A stretch of 64,000 nucleotides of DNA, taken from contig CH464491.1 of assembly GCA_000002445.1 (NCBI GenBank), positions 3,840,001-3,904,000 of the forward strand, written 5' to 3'. Source of the stretch: Trypanosoma brucei. Taxonomy: Eukaryota. Below the pieces are notes generated by a model, which worked only from the letters and a program-made list of their open reading frames with translations, made no database searches and was not told the DNA's origin. Position numbers and translations under genes: made by a program. Of this stretch, positions 42,574-52,801 are shown piece after piece; the stretch's first letter is position 1; each line of letters opens with the position of its first letter.

Positions 42574-43326
42574 CTAGAAATGCAGAGGTAAACTTTCGGT
42601 AGGAGAGTCAGCTGGCGTCAATTCAAGTGTTCTTTCAAACCCCTTAAATACCGGTGGAGTAGCAAAATGGACATCACCCGCGGAGCGGCGCGTCGCTGAC
42701 CGCAGAGCGCTCGACCCATCTTCAGAAAACATGGTTGTTTTACCATCAGTTGCACAGCTTGGGCTCTGTAGCATCATATCCGAATAATCAGGTGTACCAC
42801 TTTGTGGGGTCCGAGCTCTAAGATAAGTGGCGTAGAGACAATCCCTTTCGGCTGGGTCGATTGGCATCACTACTCGTGGAGATACTCCACCGCTTTGGGG
42901 ACTGCAATACCGCGACTGCTGACGCTGTTGAGGTTTTCGTTGTTGCCCCGAAGTTGTGTTGCTAAATGCATTTAAACGCCCGCTTGCTGCTTTCTCTGAC
43001 TTCTTGGATTTCAAGTTTGCTCCGGTATCTTTGTCATCTGGCTGAATGAGTTGCAGTCCCTTCGGAAGTCGGGGGTCGACGCGAACCTTCAGTTGACTGC
43101 GGGTGGTGTTGTTAAACTTCGCTACAGCCTGCATTACTAGTTTAGCGTAGCACCGGTTGAACTGCTCACCATTCTGCCGATTAAGCGCTAATTCAACCAT
43201 ATCCGGTGCTATGAAGAACCGCTTCTGCAGAATAAAATTGAGTTTGTTTCGGTGACCGAACAGTTCCCCCGGGGTACGCGGCAACTTGCGAAGCCCTTCG
43301 AATAAGTCATCTTTCTTCCACTGCAT
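42574..43326 (-). CDS. hypothetical protein (250 aa), globular N-terminal domain and basic/S-rich tail
   Basis: The track ORF starts at a GTG at 43422 inside a K-rich purine run. The first ATG is 43326 (MQWKKDDLFEGL). Confidence 0.45.
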   Translation of the reverse strand: MQWKKDDLFEGLRKLPRTPGELFGHRNKLNFILQKRFFIAPDMVELALNRQNGEQFNRCYAKLVMQAVAKFNNTTRSQLKVRVDPRLPKGLQLIQPDDKDTGANLKSKKSEKAASGRLNAFSNTTSGQQRKPQQRQQSRYCSPQSGGVSPRVVMPIDPAERDCLYATYLRARTPQSGTPDYSDMMLQSPSCATDGKTTMFSEDGSSALRSATRRSAGDVHFATPPVFKGFERTLELTPADSPTESLPLHF

Positions 43327-44551
43327 TCCCTTTTCTTTTTTCTTTCTACTGTGCGATACCTTTTTCCTGGGTCTTTTCTTCTTCTTTCCTTTTGTTTTCC
43401 TTTTCTTTTTGATTTTCTCCACAATCCTTCGCTTACTTTCTTATTTTCCCACACGAGAGCTTTAGTTTCCGCTCCCCCTGTCAGTTTAACCCTTCTGGAT
43501 AAATTTATAAGTATCAGTTCTTTGTTTGCTTTTCCCAACGACTTTACAAGTTTCCTACACCACTAGTAAAGAAAAAAAGAAAATGCCGCCACGGTTTTAC
43601 AACTGAAGAAAGTTGAACGACACTCAGCACCTTTTGAGTTGTCCTTATTCTTTTTTCCGTACAGCGCTTCAGTGGAGATTTCTTTTCAGTTGTCTTTGTT
43701 CCCCTTGCGAGCACTTCCTAAAAACCCTGTTAGAAGTTTGTTTGTTTGTTTTGTTATGAATGGCAGGTGTCTTCGTAAATTTATTTTGGGAGCTTTTAGA
43801 AAAGCAGCTTAAAAAGAAAAAAGAACAAATGTTCCTCTTCTTTTTTCCCCCTTAAATTAAGGTCGAGGGAGCAACCAATGCGGAAAAAAGCAACAAAAAG
43901 GAAAATGTAAAGGGAAGTGAAGGCGTTTGATAATTGATTGAGTGAAGGACAGTAAAGTTTTGTGCGGGGGAAATCTCCAAAGGGGGGGGGGAAGAGGACC
44001 CCATGGTCTGATGAGAGAAACAATTAGAGGTTACAAGGGGGAAAAAGCGCATAGCGGCAGCGTTGCAAACATACGTGCACAAATACATTAGAGTATGCAA
44101 CATCAAAATAGTGCTATTTAGTTTGATTGCAGCGCATGGGCATGCACGCGGAAGCGCGACATTAGATGTTCTTCACACTAATTTACAGTGGTAACCGGTT
44201 CCAGCGTGACGGATCGGATGTGCCTGGTAGTTCGTGGACTCCGGTCAACCTGCTCGATGTGTATTTAAAAATCGCTTCGGCACCGGAATACTCCATAAAA
44301 AACGACGACAACAACAAAATAAAAAAGAAAAAAAAGGTCCCTACGGGAATCCCTCCGTTCCACAAACCGCCACACGTCACTGAATCAGAAAAACCCGCTC
44401 GCTACAATTGTGCAGACTGTGGACCTTCAGTTTCGTTGCAATTAACACAAATCTGCTTACCATGTTTTAGTGCTCGTGCATACAAAAAACACTAAATTTA
44501 TTAAGGTTTTCATTTCGTTAGTTGCCGTGTCAGCGGCACTTTAACAAGTAC

Positions 44552-46750
44552 TTAGCGCTCAAACAGGAAGACGCCTCGTCCGTCCCTTAAACTCATTGCA
44601 AATCGATCCCCTCCCTCAGAAATTGATACACAAGTGACTCTATTGGCGATGGGTTCTGGCAAGTGGGTTTGGTGAAACTGACCACACTCACTGTGCGTGG
44701 AACAATAAACCCCCAACCTGCGCGAAAAAGATGCCTGAAGTGTTTCTACCGTCACCCTACCCCCATTTTCCACTTCGCAGAGTAACGCTAACGGATCAGC
44801 ACGATAAAAGGTTAGGATTTCTTCACCACCAGGCCGTCCAGAGTGAAAGGGTTGCCATGCGGCCACAGCACCGTCATAGAGTCCAGTAATGATTGTTCCC
44901 GAAACATGATCTACTGCCGCTGAGAACCGATCAAAAATGGCGTCGCTTTCATAGAGTGAGCGTAAGTACGGTTCTACGTAAGGCATAAGACGGACCATGT
45001 CGCACGGTTCTGAGGTGCGGCGCAGGTCCCACAGCTTGAGGGAAAAGTAATCACGCGTTACGATGTGATCAGTACCTATAAAACCGGCGGCTGAAACACT
45101 ACATAATATTTCGCCGTAGTCTTGTAAGCGAGAGTTCCATCCTGCTCCAGCCCTCCCTCGCACATATGTACTGTAGCGACGTTGTGCGCCAGTCGCTGCC
45201 TCGCGCAAATCGCCGATGCCGAGGAACCCCGAGTTCCGACCAACGAAAAATAGGGAGTTGTGGGTTGGGTGAAACCCGGCCGTCGTGACCAACTCCACTA
45301 CGTCGTCCATGTTTCCAGAAGGTGGACGCATGTCTGCGATGCGCGATCCGTTAGAGCCGTCTGCGCACTCAAAGTTCCACCAGAACACTTCAAGATCATC
45401 CACGCTCAGAAAAGATTGATCATCAGCACAAACACTAAGACCATGTATTCGGTTGATGTGATTTCCCGAATAAACGCGTGCGGGAAGTATCAGAGACGGC
45501 AGTGTTGCGCAAGGAAAGTATTTTGTCTTGGAAAGTTCTGGTCCGACAATGGACTCCATCTCCGGAAAGGCATGGAACATTGAAAGTCCTTCACGCTGCA
45601 CCCGAAACAGCTTAATAACTCGGTCGTTTGAAGTCAAATAGCTCACCGTGCTTGGGGACAGATGGGGTCTAAGAAACTGAAAGCAGTTCACAGACTGCGA
45701 TATTGGAACCGAAGTTAAGCAATCCAACTCCTCGACATATGCCTGATGCGTGTGTTTTCGCACCGACTGTTGCTGGAATCCGAATGTGTCAAGCTGCTGA
45801 CGGGGAGAAACCGAAGGAATGGAAGTCGAAATACTCGAAACATCCATGTCGGTGCGACACTGGCTTGCTGTGGTGACAACAGATTCACTCTTCCTTTGGC
45901 TGGAAAGTGATGGTCGTGAGAGTTTTGCATCTCCTACAGGTATTTCACAGTAGTTCACTCGTCCATTGGCATCCCCGACTCCGATCGCAATAAGTGAGGA
46001 ACCGGTTGCAAAATTTGGTAGCACTGACAATGCCATGCTGTTCACTCTCGAGGGGATTGTATTCGCCACCTTTCTAAGAACGCTGCGCATGCCTCCTGCA
46101 TCTCCACTGTTGGTCACCATGAAATCTCCTATGGCTTCCAACTCGGCGCTATCAGTCGCTTCGGGTTTATGTGAACAAGGACCCCATCTGGGCATAACGT
46201 CATGTGTACTAAACGGATGGCAAAGCTTCTGAAATAGTTTGAATCCATTCCCACCACCACGACTCAAGTAAGAGGAGTTGTTATCCGAATCAGCAACATC
46301 TTTTGACCACTCGGGGGATTCAACATTTCTACCACTACTTCCGCTGGCAGTAGCAGTAACAGCAGCAGTGCCCTTGGTAGGCAACTTTCCTTCTCGATTA
46401 GAACCACCATCTCTGCGCGCGCCTCGCTTTCCCCTATTATTGTGATGACGCGGACGGTCCTTTCTAAGCTTTGTTTCCACACCTTTTGGTTCGTTTAGCC
46501 CAGTTACTTCGTTCTCCTGCACTTGCGACTTGTATAGGGAGCAACTCTCAAGGCATTTCCCCCCTCGTTTACGTTGCAGTTGCTCGTCTCGCACTCGGGA
46601 TTGGCGGTCGGACTTCGGCAGGTGCGAGCGGTGAGGCACTTCACTTTCCGCCCGCGAGCCACGGCAGGATAATGTCTCTGCACTACTTTCCATAGAACAG
46701 CATGGCGAGGGGGAAGGTGAGGGCGAGTGGTTGCCGTCCTGATCAGACAT
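44552..46750 (-). CDS. protein phosphatase 2A regulatory subunit B (B55/PR55, WD40) with ~250-aa S/R-rich N-terminal extension
   Basis: TRDYFSLKLWDL, VEPYLRSLYESDAIFDRFSAAV and GFHPTHNSLFFVG align with the human B55 segments [38 protein letters not shown] and EFHPNSCNTFVYS. The first ATG is 46750. The track starts at a GTG two codons upstream. Confidence 0.8.
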   Translation of the reverse strand: MSDQDGNHSPSPSPSPCCSMESSAETLSCRGSRAESEVPHRSHLPKSDRQSRVRDEQLQRKRGGKCLESCSLYKSQVQENEVTGLNEPKGVETKLRKDRPRHHNNRGKRGARRDGGSNREGKLPTKGTAAVTATASGSSGRNVESPEWSKDVADSDNNSSYLSRGGGNGFKLFQKLCHPFSTHDVMPRWGPCSHKPEATDSAELEAIGDFMVTNSGDAGGMRSVLRKVANTIPSRVNSMALSVLPNFATGSSLIAIGVGDANGRVNYCEIPVGDAKLSRPSLSSQRKSESVVTTASQCRTDMDVSSISTSIPSVSPRQQLDTFGFQQQSVRKHTHQAYVEELDCLTSVPISQSVNCFQFLRPHLSPSTVSYLTSNDRVIKLFRVQREGLSMFHAFPEMESIVGPELSKTKYFPCATLPSLILPARVYSGNHINRIHGLSVCADDQSFLSVDDLEVFWWNFECADGSNGSRIADMRPPSGNMDDVVELVTTAGFHPTHNSLFFVGRNSGFLGIGDLREAATGAQRRYSTYVRGRAGAGWNSRLQDYGEILCSVSAAGFIGTDHIVTRDYFSLKLWDLRRTSEPCDMVRLMPYVEPYLRSLYESDAIFDRFSAAVDHVSGTIITGLYDGAVAAWQPFHSGRPGGEEILTFYRADPLALLCEVENGGRVTVETLQASFSRRLGVYCSTHSECGQFHQTHLPEPIANRVTCVSISEGGDRFAMSLRDGRGVFLFER

Positions 46751-47422
46751 GATCACGCTGGGAATTCGATGAAATAAGCTTCGCGACCAAAAAACAAGTT
46801 CCCCCCTTTTGGAACGCGATGACGTTCAACCAGCGCGGAGTCCTTGTAAAAGGAGACAAAACTGGAAAGGGGGAAGAAAGGAATAATCAACGATTAAACT
46901 AAAGATAAACAAATGTTGCTTTCTAGGCAAGTTCAAAAGAAAGAAAACGTTGAAGAAAGTGTGAATGACAGGGGAACAACACAAAAAAAAAAGAAAGCGT
47001 TCTGAGGAGGGAGCGAATGTATGTGACGGTTGTGGTCCTGATTTACTTTTTTTAAGCATTAGTTACAGCTAAGGGGATGCGTGCAAATCGTGGTCTTCGT
47101 ACGACCTACGCGCGCAGCTGGTTGGAAAAGAGAGAAGAGAAAACGGTATGAAAAACGTTGTAGAACCCACAGTCACAAACACATATTCACATGTGTATAT
47201 ACTACAACCTGGAACCGAGAAGTACAAGGGGGATGAGATTTGCAAAAAATAAATAAATAGGCCTTCTCGTGAGAAACAGCAAAGATACGTCTATGGATGT
47301 AACTTTATATATAAAAAAGGAGACAAAATATTTCGATGATTCTATACCGTTATCTATGGATGTGCACAAATTTGTGTATGTGTCAGTATGTGTATTTTTA
47401 TATACAAAGATGGGTTTGTCAA

Positions 47423-49360
47423 TTAGTTTGCGCACTGTTGGCGCACAAGTGCAAAGCTCGACGCCATTCTTCTAATATATGCCGGCGTTCGTGATATCTT
47501 TGGACGAAAGGTGGCTTGTTCAGCCATTTCTCGCTCCTTCTCACGTTCTTTTTGCTCCCTCATTTCCGCCAATCTCTCTTTCTGTCGTTTTAGATTCTCC
47601 GTGTATGCTACGAGGTGTTTGCTACTCAAGTAAGACTCCACGTTCCGGTTCCGCTCATCGTTGAGTGTTGGTTTAAATGGGTGCTTCATCTCCGCTGAGC
47701 GCGCCTTCTCCTGTGCAGCCTTTATTGAATTCCTTCGACGCACGCTATCAAGAAACAACACCTCAACACCAGAAGGTTTTGCACCACTAGAACCAGGAGC
47801 TGTTTCTGGTTTAAATGTGCACGGGTCAACATAAGGGGAACGGTGCTTTTTCACTGCCGCCGCGAGCGTAGGAGCGCTTTTCACGTTCCCAACTTCAGAT
47901 TCATTTCTCGCAAGTAGCCTCTTCGCGATCCGCACGCTGGTGTTAGTGATCTGCGGTTTGAACGATGGACGCTGAGACTCCTCAATTTGTCGCACAGTGC
48001 GTGTGCGGTTTGCTAAATGCTTGTCCTGGCGTAGCAAAAAACTATCGAAGCTCGCGCCCCTACTACTACCGCTGTCGTGATGACCTCCATTATACGAAGT
48101 TGTGCGGTTGAATGTGTTTTCATGCCTTACAGTCATAAGTTTACGCGCTAAAGGGGATTGATATTTTGTGTCGACGAATGCAGCTTTTTGTTCGTCTTTT
48201 GAGCCCAGTATATTAAACATAAACAATTCGAACGAATCCGCGCCTCCCTTTGTCGACGTCGCACCTCCATACATTTCACGCAACTGATCTTTTTCAGCTA
48301 GCAGAAGTTCCCGTACGCTACTGTTGTTGCCACCTTCCGAGCGTTTTCCCGCGAAGTTACGTTGGTACAACCGCTGAAAAACGCTGTCTCTGCTTTGCGA
48401 GCTTTTCTGAAACATGGAAACTGATGCGCGGGACAGTTGTGGGCGAAAGGTACATTCCTGTAGTTCTTTTGCCTCCCATTTCTCTTTAGTGCGCTGCCGG
48501 CGCTCCATGAGTGAATCCCCTCGGTGCTGTAGTGACGATGAACCTCCCCCGTGTTCCTCATCCGAGTCAAACACGTCAGAAACTTCTATGGTCGTTTCGT
48601 CTCGCATCAAATATTCGTTCCAACGAGTGGCTGCACGTGTAAGTGCCCCATTTTTACCAGATAAAGAGGCAGCCTCCGGTAGATTTTTTTCCCTTTTTGG
48701 CGTCATCACAAACGCTATCTGACTGCCATCTTCATGTGACCGAGAAATGCGTTCCATCTCCTGATTCTGATCTCGCCCCTCTTCCTCTTCCATTTCACCA
48801 TAAACATTCCGGAATTGTCGAAGGAATGAAGGATCCGTTCGCCCTATGCGCTCCAACTCTATGTTGAGTTGCTCAACATCCATGTGAAGAGAATCCGACC
48901 ACTTTGTCTCATTCACTCGTGCACTCCCTTTGTGAAGAGAAGTTTCGTCCAATGACGGCTCCTCCCTTTTCCTTACCGGAGAACCCTTTCCCAGCTTCCG
49001 CACTTGCACCTGACGCGATTGCTCGGTAGGATAGATGTAATGCCCGGCGCTCGTGCCATGAAATGTGTCAAACCTGCTGCCACCTTGGGAACATATCTCA
49101 CTGGCAGTTTCTGTAATTCCTTGATTGCCATAACTCCACGTGTGTTCGTTGAATTCGTCGAAACCCGATTGCTCACTCCAACTGCTGTCACTGCGCGTAG
49201 GTTCCTTGTACTGCCCCTCTGCCTTAATCCGAAGGTATGTATCCAGTAAACTGTCATCTTCGTAGTCACTCATGGTTCCCTCTGATCGTGCAGTCAGCTC
49301 ACGCTGCCTCTCAAGTGCGGCAACCGCCTCCATGATCAAGTTTTCGCGGTCCGCAAACAT
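47423..49360 (-). CDS. protein with TPX2-like [ST]F[KR]P repeats (645 aa), candidate microtubule-associated protein
   Basis: Five dispersed motifs TFRPQ, SFKPQ, TFKPE, PFKPT and TFRPK lie in K/E/R-rich coiled-coil context, resembling TPX2 PFKPQIP/KFKALP repeats. The first ATG is 49360. The track start is a TTG inside an (AC)n run. Confidence 0.45.
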   Translation of the reverse strand: MFADRENLIMEAVAALERQRELTARSEGTMSDYEDDSLLDTYLRIKAEGQYKEPTRSDSSWSEQSGFDEFNEHTWSYGNQGITETASEICSQGGSRFDTFHGTSAGHYIYPTEQSRQVQVRKLGKGSPVRKREEPSLDETSLHKGSARVNETKWSDSLHMDVEQLNIELERIGRTDPSFLRQFRNVYGEMEEEEGRDQNQEMERISRSHEDGSQIAFVMTPKREKNLPEAASLSGKNGALTRAATRWNEYLMRDETTIEVSDVFDSDEEHGGGSSSLQHRGDSLMERRQRTKEKWEAKELQECTFRPQLSRASVSMFQKSSQSRDSVFQRLYQRNFAGKRSEGGNNSSVRELLLAEKDQLREMYGGATSTKGGADSFELFMFNILGSKDEQKAAFVDTKYQSPLARKLMTVRHENTFNRTTSYNGGHHDSGSSRGASFDSFLLRQDKHLANRTRTVRQIEESQRPSFKPQITNTSVRIAKRLLARNESEVGNVKSAPTLAAAVKKHRSPYVDPCTFKPETAPGSSGAKPSGVEVLFLDSVRRRNSIKAAQEKARSAEMKHPFKPTLNDERNRNVESYLSSKHLVAYTENLKRQKERLAEMREQKEREKEREMAEQATFRPKISRTPAYIRRMASSFALVRQQCAN

Positions 49361-49683
49361 CACTAGGAGCGATCTCTTTTCCTTAGAGGGGAAAACACAC
49401 ACACACAAAAAAAAAGTAAACTGGAAGGGGAGGATAAAATGCGGGTGTAACGAAGCTCTTTTCCCCCTTTTAAAGAGACATAACAGACAACTTACAGTTG
49501 CAATGAGGAAACGATGCTTAACTGCTCAACGTCCCAAGCGGACATCAATGCATGAAGGCAGCACAAAATATGCAATACTACAGACCTTATTATAGTAATC
49601 CTTTCAGCTCCTCCAGGAGGTAAAAGGTAACTGAAACATCCAACAAAGTTTAGTATTGCTGTTATTTTTTTTTTAAGTTTATC

Positions 49684-50568
49684 CTACAGGTTCACAATAC
49701 CGTTTAACTTATGGGCGTTGCGGCAGTGGGTTTCTTCACAACTTTTCATATATGCCTCAAACTGGTGACGAGCTTCAGCGGACAGTGACTTCTTTTTCAT
49801 CTCCCTTTCTCCGTTGTTGAGCTTTAAAAAGTATCCTGTGTAAAGCTCCACAAAATCGTATGGAAAGCCGAGCTCTTCCTCATCGGTTTGTCCATCCCAC
49901 AAATCAGCCGAGGGAGCGGCTTGGAGAGTATTTTCTGGTACACCAAGCTCACGCGCGACCTTAAAGACTTCACTTTTGTGCAGGTCTGATATGAGTTGCA
50001 CATCCACAACACCATCACCCGCTTTGCAAAAGTAACCAAGGTAGCCATCCTCGTCCATGTTGCCTGTGCCCATTACAATGGTCGGTGTTCCACTCTGGCT
50101 ACATAGTTGAGCTACATAATACCCGACAGGGGCACGCATGTAGCTGCGCAACTGTCCCCTCGCAAAGTCCTTGCCGTCAATGCCAACAGCGGCTTCAACA
50201 CTCAGCGACAACTGCCTATGAATATCGGTTTGGTCCACTACAACCTCCTCCGCACCGGCAGCACGAATGTTCTCACGACCACGTTCAAGTGCCCACGCGC
50301 TACTGCATATCGGTTGGCAGATGCCAACATTTCTCACGATCGGACTACCTTCCATGCGCTGGGCTCGCGAGCACAGCGACAACACAACGGCAGAATCCAC
50401 ACCACCAGAAACATTTGTTACACAACCTCGTAGCTTATTGTTCCGCATGTATTCGTTCAGTTTGGTGCATTTTTCTTCAATCCATGCAATAGGGTTGAAT
50501 GCGCGATGCCTTCGGTATTCCTCCAACCACTCACGTAACTCAGCATGAAGAATGGGCTCCTTCGGCAT
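49684..50568 (-). CDS. NH3-dependent NAD+ synthetase (NadE-type, single domain), 294 aa
   Basis: PP-loop SGGVDSAVV is present, with overall NadE architecture and length. There is no N-terminal nitrilase/glutaminase domain. ATG verified at 50568. Confidence 0.85.
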   Translation of the reverse strand: MPKEPILHAELREWLEEYRRHRAFNPIAWIEEKCTKLNEYMRNNKLRGCVTNVSGGVDSAVVLSLCSRAQRMEGSPIVRNVGICQPICSSAWALERGRENIRAAGAEEVVVDQTDIHRQLSLSVEAAVGIDGKDFARGQLRSYMRAPVGYYVAQLCSQSGTPTIVMGTGNMDEDGYLGYFCKAGDGVVDVQLISDLHKSEVFKVARELGVPENTLQAAPSADLWDGQTDEEELGFPYDFVELYTGYFLKLNNGEREMKKKSLSAEARHQFEAYMKSCEETHCRNAHKLNGIVNL

Positions 50569-51685
50569 TGCGTGGCGATATGATACTTCACACCTCTCTT
50601 CGTTTAACAGTTATTTGTTGGTTTTGCTTGTGCTACTGAATCTCCGATGGAGATGCTATATGCTGTTGCACAGAGTTAACTGCGAATTACTCACTTGATA
50701 TAATAATTATCTTTAAAACGCTCTAGTGAGACCAAAATCGGAATAAATGGTTCGAAAAAGAGGGAAACATGTTACCACGAGCAAATGAAATGATGACAAA
50801 ACAGTCCTGAGGTAGTGGAGAACAGGGATTAGTACTGAGAGCAGGAAGAAGGAACAAAGTAACAATAAACAGGGGGAAAAGAAGAAAAATCGCGTGATAA
50901 GAACCAAACACAAGGCCCCATGTAATACATCTACTATATGAACTCAGTGCCGGGTACCCAAGACGAGAACACCACCAATGAACGTTCACGAATATATTTA
51001 CCCATGTGTGTATTTGTGTGTGTGCCCAGTTGTAAACGTAACGCTTCTCACTTCTTCCTTTCTACCGCAGTATCACCTTCTTAACCTCTTCTCCGCTCGC
51101 ACGTATACAAGCGAACCTGCCCAACTCTTGTCAGTGTATAAATACATTGATAGTGGTTTACATTTTCTACCCTCAGCAACAAATAAACATAACAGCCAGA
51201 GTAATAATCAATGAAGACCAGCGAAGGGGGAAGTAAAGTGGAGCAACAGAAACACGAAAGGGGAAATGAGTGCCCCCTGCAGTCCACTTAACAACAATGT
51301 TGACTTCCTTTCTTCGCTGCACGCCTACATACATCACACACACAGGCAAACAACTTTCCCTCTACTATTTGCCCAACACAATTATTGATCTCTACACCCT
51401 CCCTTTGGGAATTGCAAACAGAAAAAAATCGCCTCAGCGGGACTAATGGCCAACGACAAACGTCGTGTTAACGGCATGCCAGTAGCGGTAAACAAAATAA
51501 AAGGCGTCTGTTTCACGTGGCCACCCGCCGACTGGCGTAAGACGGGGGGCCGCGGTTAGTGCACACTGTTTGCTGTTGTCTCCCACACGCATGATATTAC
51601 TCGAGCTGTGTGAAAAAAAAAAGAAGACATCGTCCCTCCGCGAGGGAAATTTCTTTCACGAGGGGATGTAACCCGACAACCATGG

Positions 51686-52801
51686 CTACTCCTGAGCCTC
51701 CGCATTTTCTTCAGCAGGAGCATCACCCGCCGCCTCCTCTGGAGCATCTTGTGCAACCTCCTCCTGTGGTTCCTCAACGGGCTGTTCGGTAGCTTCCTCA
51801 GCAGGTTGCTCAGCCGGTTCCTCAACTGGTTGCGAAACTTCCTCAGCAGGTTGCTCCACCGGGTACGATGTTTCCTCCGCGAGTTCCTCAGTTTGCTGTG
51901 GTTCCTCTGCAGGCACCTCAGCCGGTTGTGAAGCTTCTTCCAGAGGTTCCTCAACGGGCTGTTCGGTAGCTTCCTCCACGGGTTGCTCAGCCGGCTCCTC
52001 AACTGGTTGCGAAACCTCCTCAGCAGGTTGCTCAGCCGGCTCCTCAGCTGGTTGCGAAACCTCCTCAGCAGGTTGCTCCACCGGGTACGATGTTTCCTCC
52101 GCGAGTTCCTCAGTTTGCTGTGGTTCCTCTGCAGGCACCTCAGCCGGTTGTGAAGCTTCCTCCGCAGGTTGCTCGGTTTCCTCCTCAGGTTTATCAGCTG
52201 GTTCTGGGGCCTGCTCCGCGGGTTGCTCAACTGGGTATGGATCCTCCTCTTTCTTGGGGCTCTTGAGGGCCTCTTGAATTGGTTTAGTAGAGTAGATTGA
52301 CGGCGTTATATCACATGTTGCACCCACTGGAGGAGCAGCGCTTCGAGAACCACTGACGCCAGTATAACCGATAGCCTTCACTTCGTCCGCACCAGTGCCC
52401 TTGGCTCCTTCTGTCCCTCTCTTCGTTCGGAAGCTGCTTATCAGACCTTGTTTGTAACTTGCCGCCTCTGACATGTCCCGCGTGCGCTGATCCCGCTTGT
52501 ACTCCTCCATAAACCTCTCTTGCCATTGAATTCCCTCCATGACAAGGTCCCGACGCTCAGTGTTGGATCTACGGCGCTCCTCAATGTACGCACGGAGCAC
52601 CTCCTCCTTCACCACTTCTTCCGACTCCGTTTCCTTCAGGTCGGACATGTTCACGAGCTCTGCGTGTCGCACCCACGTATCATCATTGATACAGCTTAAG
52701 TAGTCGCGGATAACCACATCATCGGGAACTAACGATTTGTGTGTCTTGTCCTCATCCACATAGAGCTGAGCAAGAGCAGTAGATGTGGGGTCAGCAGACA
52801 T
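51686..52801 (-). CDS. acidic tandem-repeat protein (371 aa): globular N-terminal ~190 aa plus P/A/E/Q-rich repeats
   Basis: ATG verified at 52801. The C-terminal half is encoded by about 177-bp imperfect tandem repeats with 45-bp sub-repeats (QPAEEVSQPVEEPAE). Confidence 0.6.
   Translation of the reverse strand: MSADPTSTALAQLYVDEDKTHKSLVPDDVVIRDYLSCINDDTWVRHAELVNMSDLKETESEEVVKEEVLRAYIEERRRSNTERRDLVMEGIQWQERFMEEYKRDQRTRDMSEAASYKQGLISSFRTKRGTEGAKGTGADEVKAIGYTGVSGSRSAAPPVGATCDITPSIYSTKPIQEALKSPKKEEDPYPVEQPAEQAPEPADKPEEETEQPAEEASQPAEVPAEEPQQTEELAEETSYPVEQPAEEVSQPAEEPAEQPAEEVSQPVEEPAEQPVEEATEQPVEEPLEEASQPAEVPAEEPQQTEELAEETSYPVEQPAEEVSQPVEEPAEQPAEEATEQPVEEPQEEVAQDAPEEAAGDAPAEENAEAQE
51700..52250. 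repeat. coding tandem repeat array, unit ~177 bp (one copy expanded to 222 bp by a 45-bp internal duplication)
   Basis: Near-identical segments start at 51768 and 51945 (ggttcctcaacgggctgttcggtagcttcctc...). A near-identical 97-nt block recurs at 51841 and 52063. Confidence 0.8.

Noticed and set aside
43327-43422. K-rich N-terminal extension (MEKIKKKRKTKGKKKKRPRKK...) of the 42574 gene
   Set aside because: It is encoded by a purine run upstream of the first ATG and starts at a GTG. It could be a real basic NLS-like N-terminus only if translation initiated at a non-AUG codon, and nothing in the sequence supports that.
51556-52230. 224-aa Arg/Asn/Leu-rich minus-strand ORF
   Set aside because: It is an alternative reading frame through the 177-bp tandem repeats of the acidic-repeat gene. 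Its periodicity is inherited from the repeat and it does not indicate a second gene.
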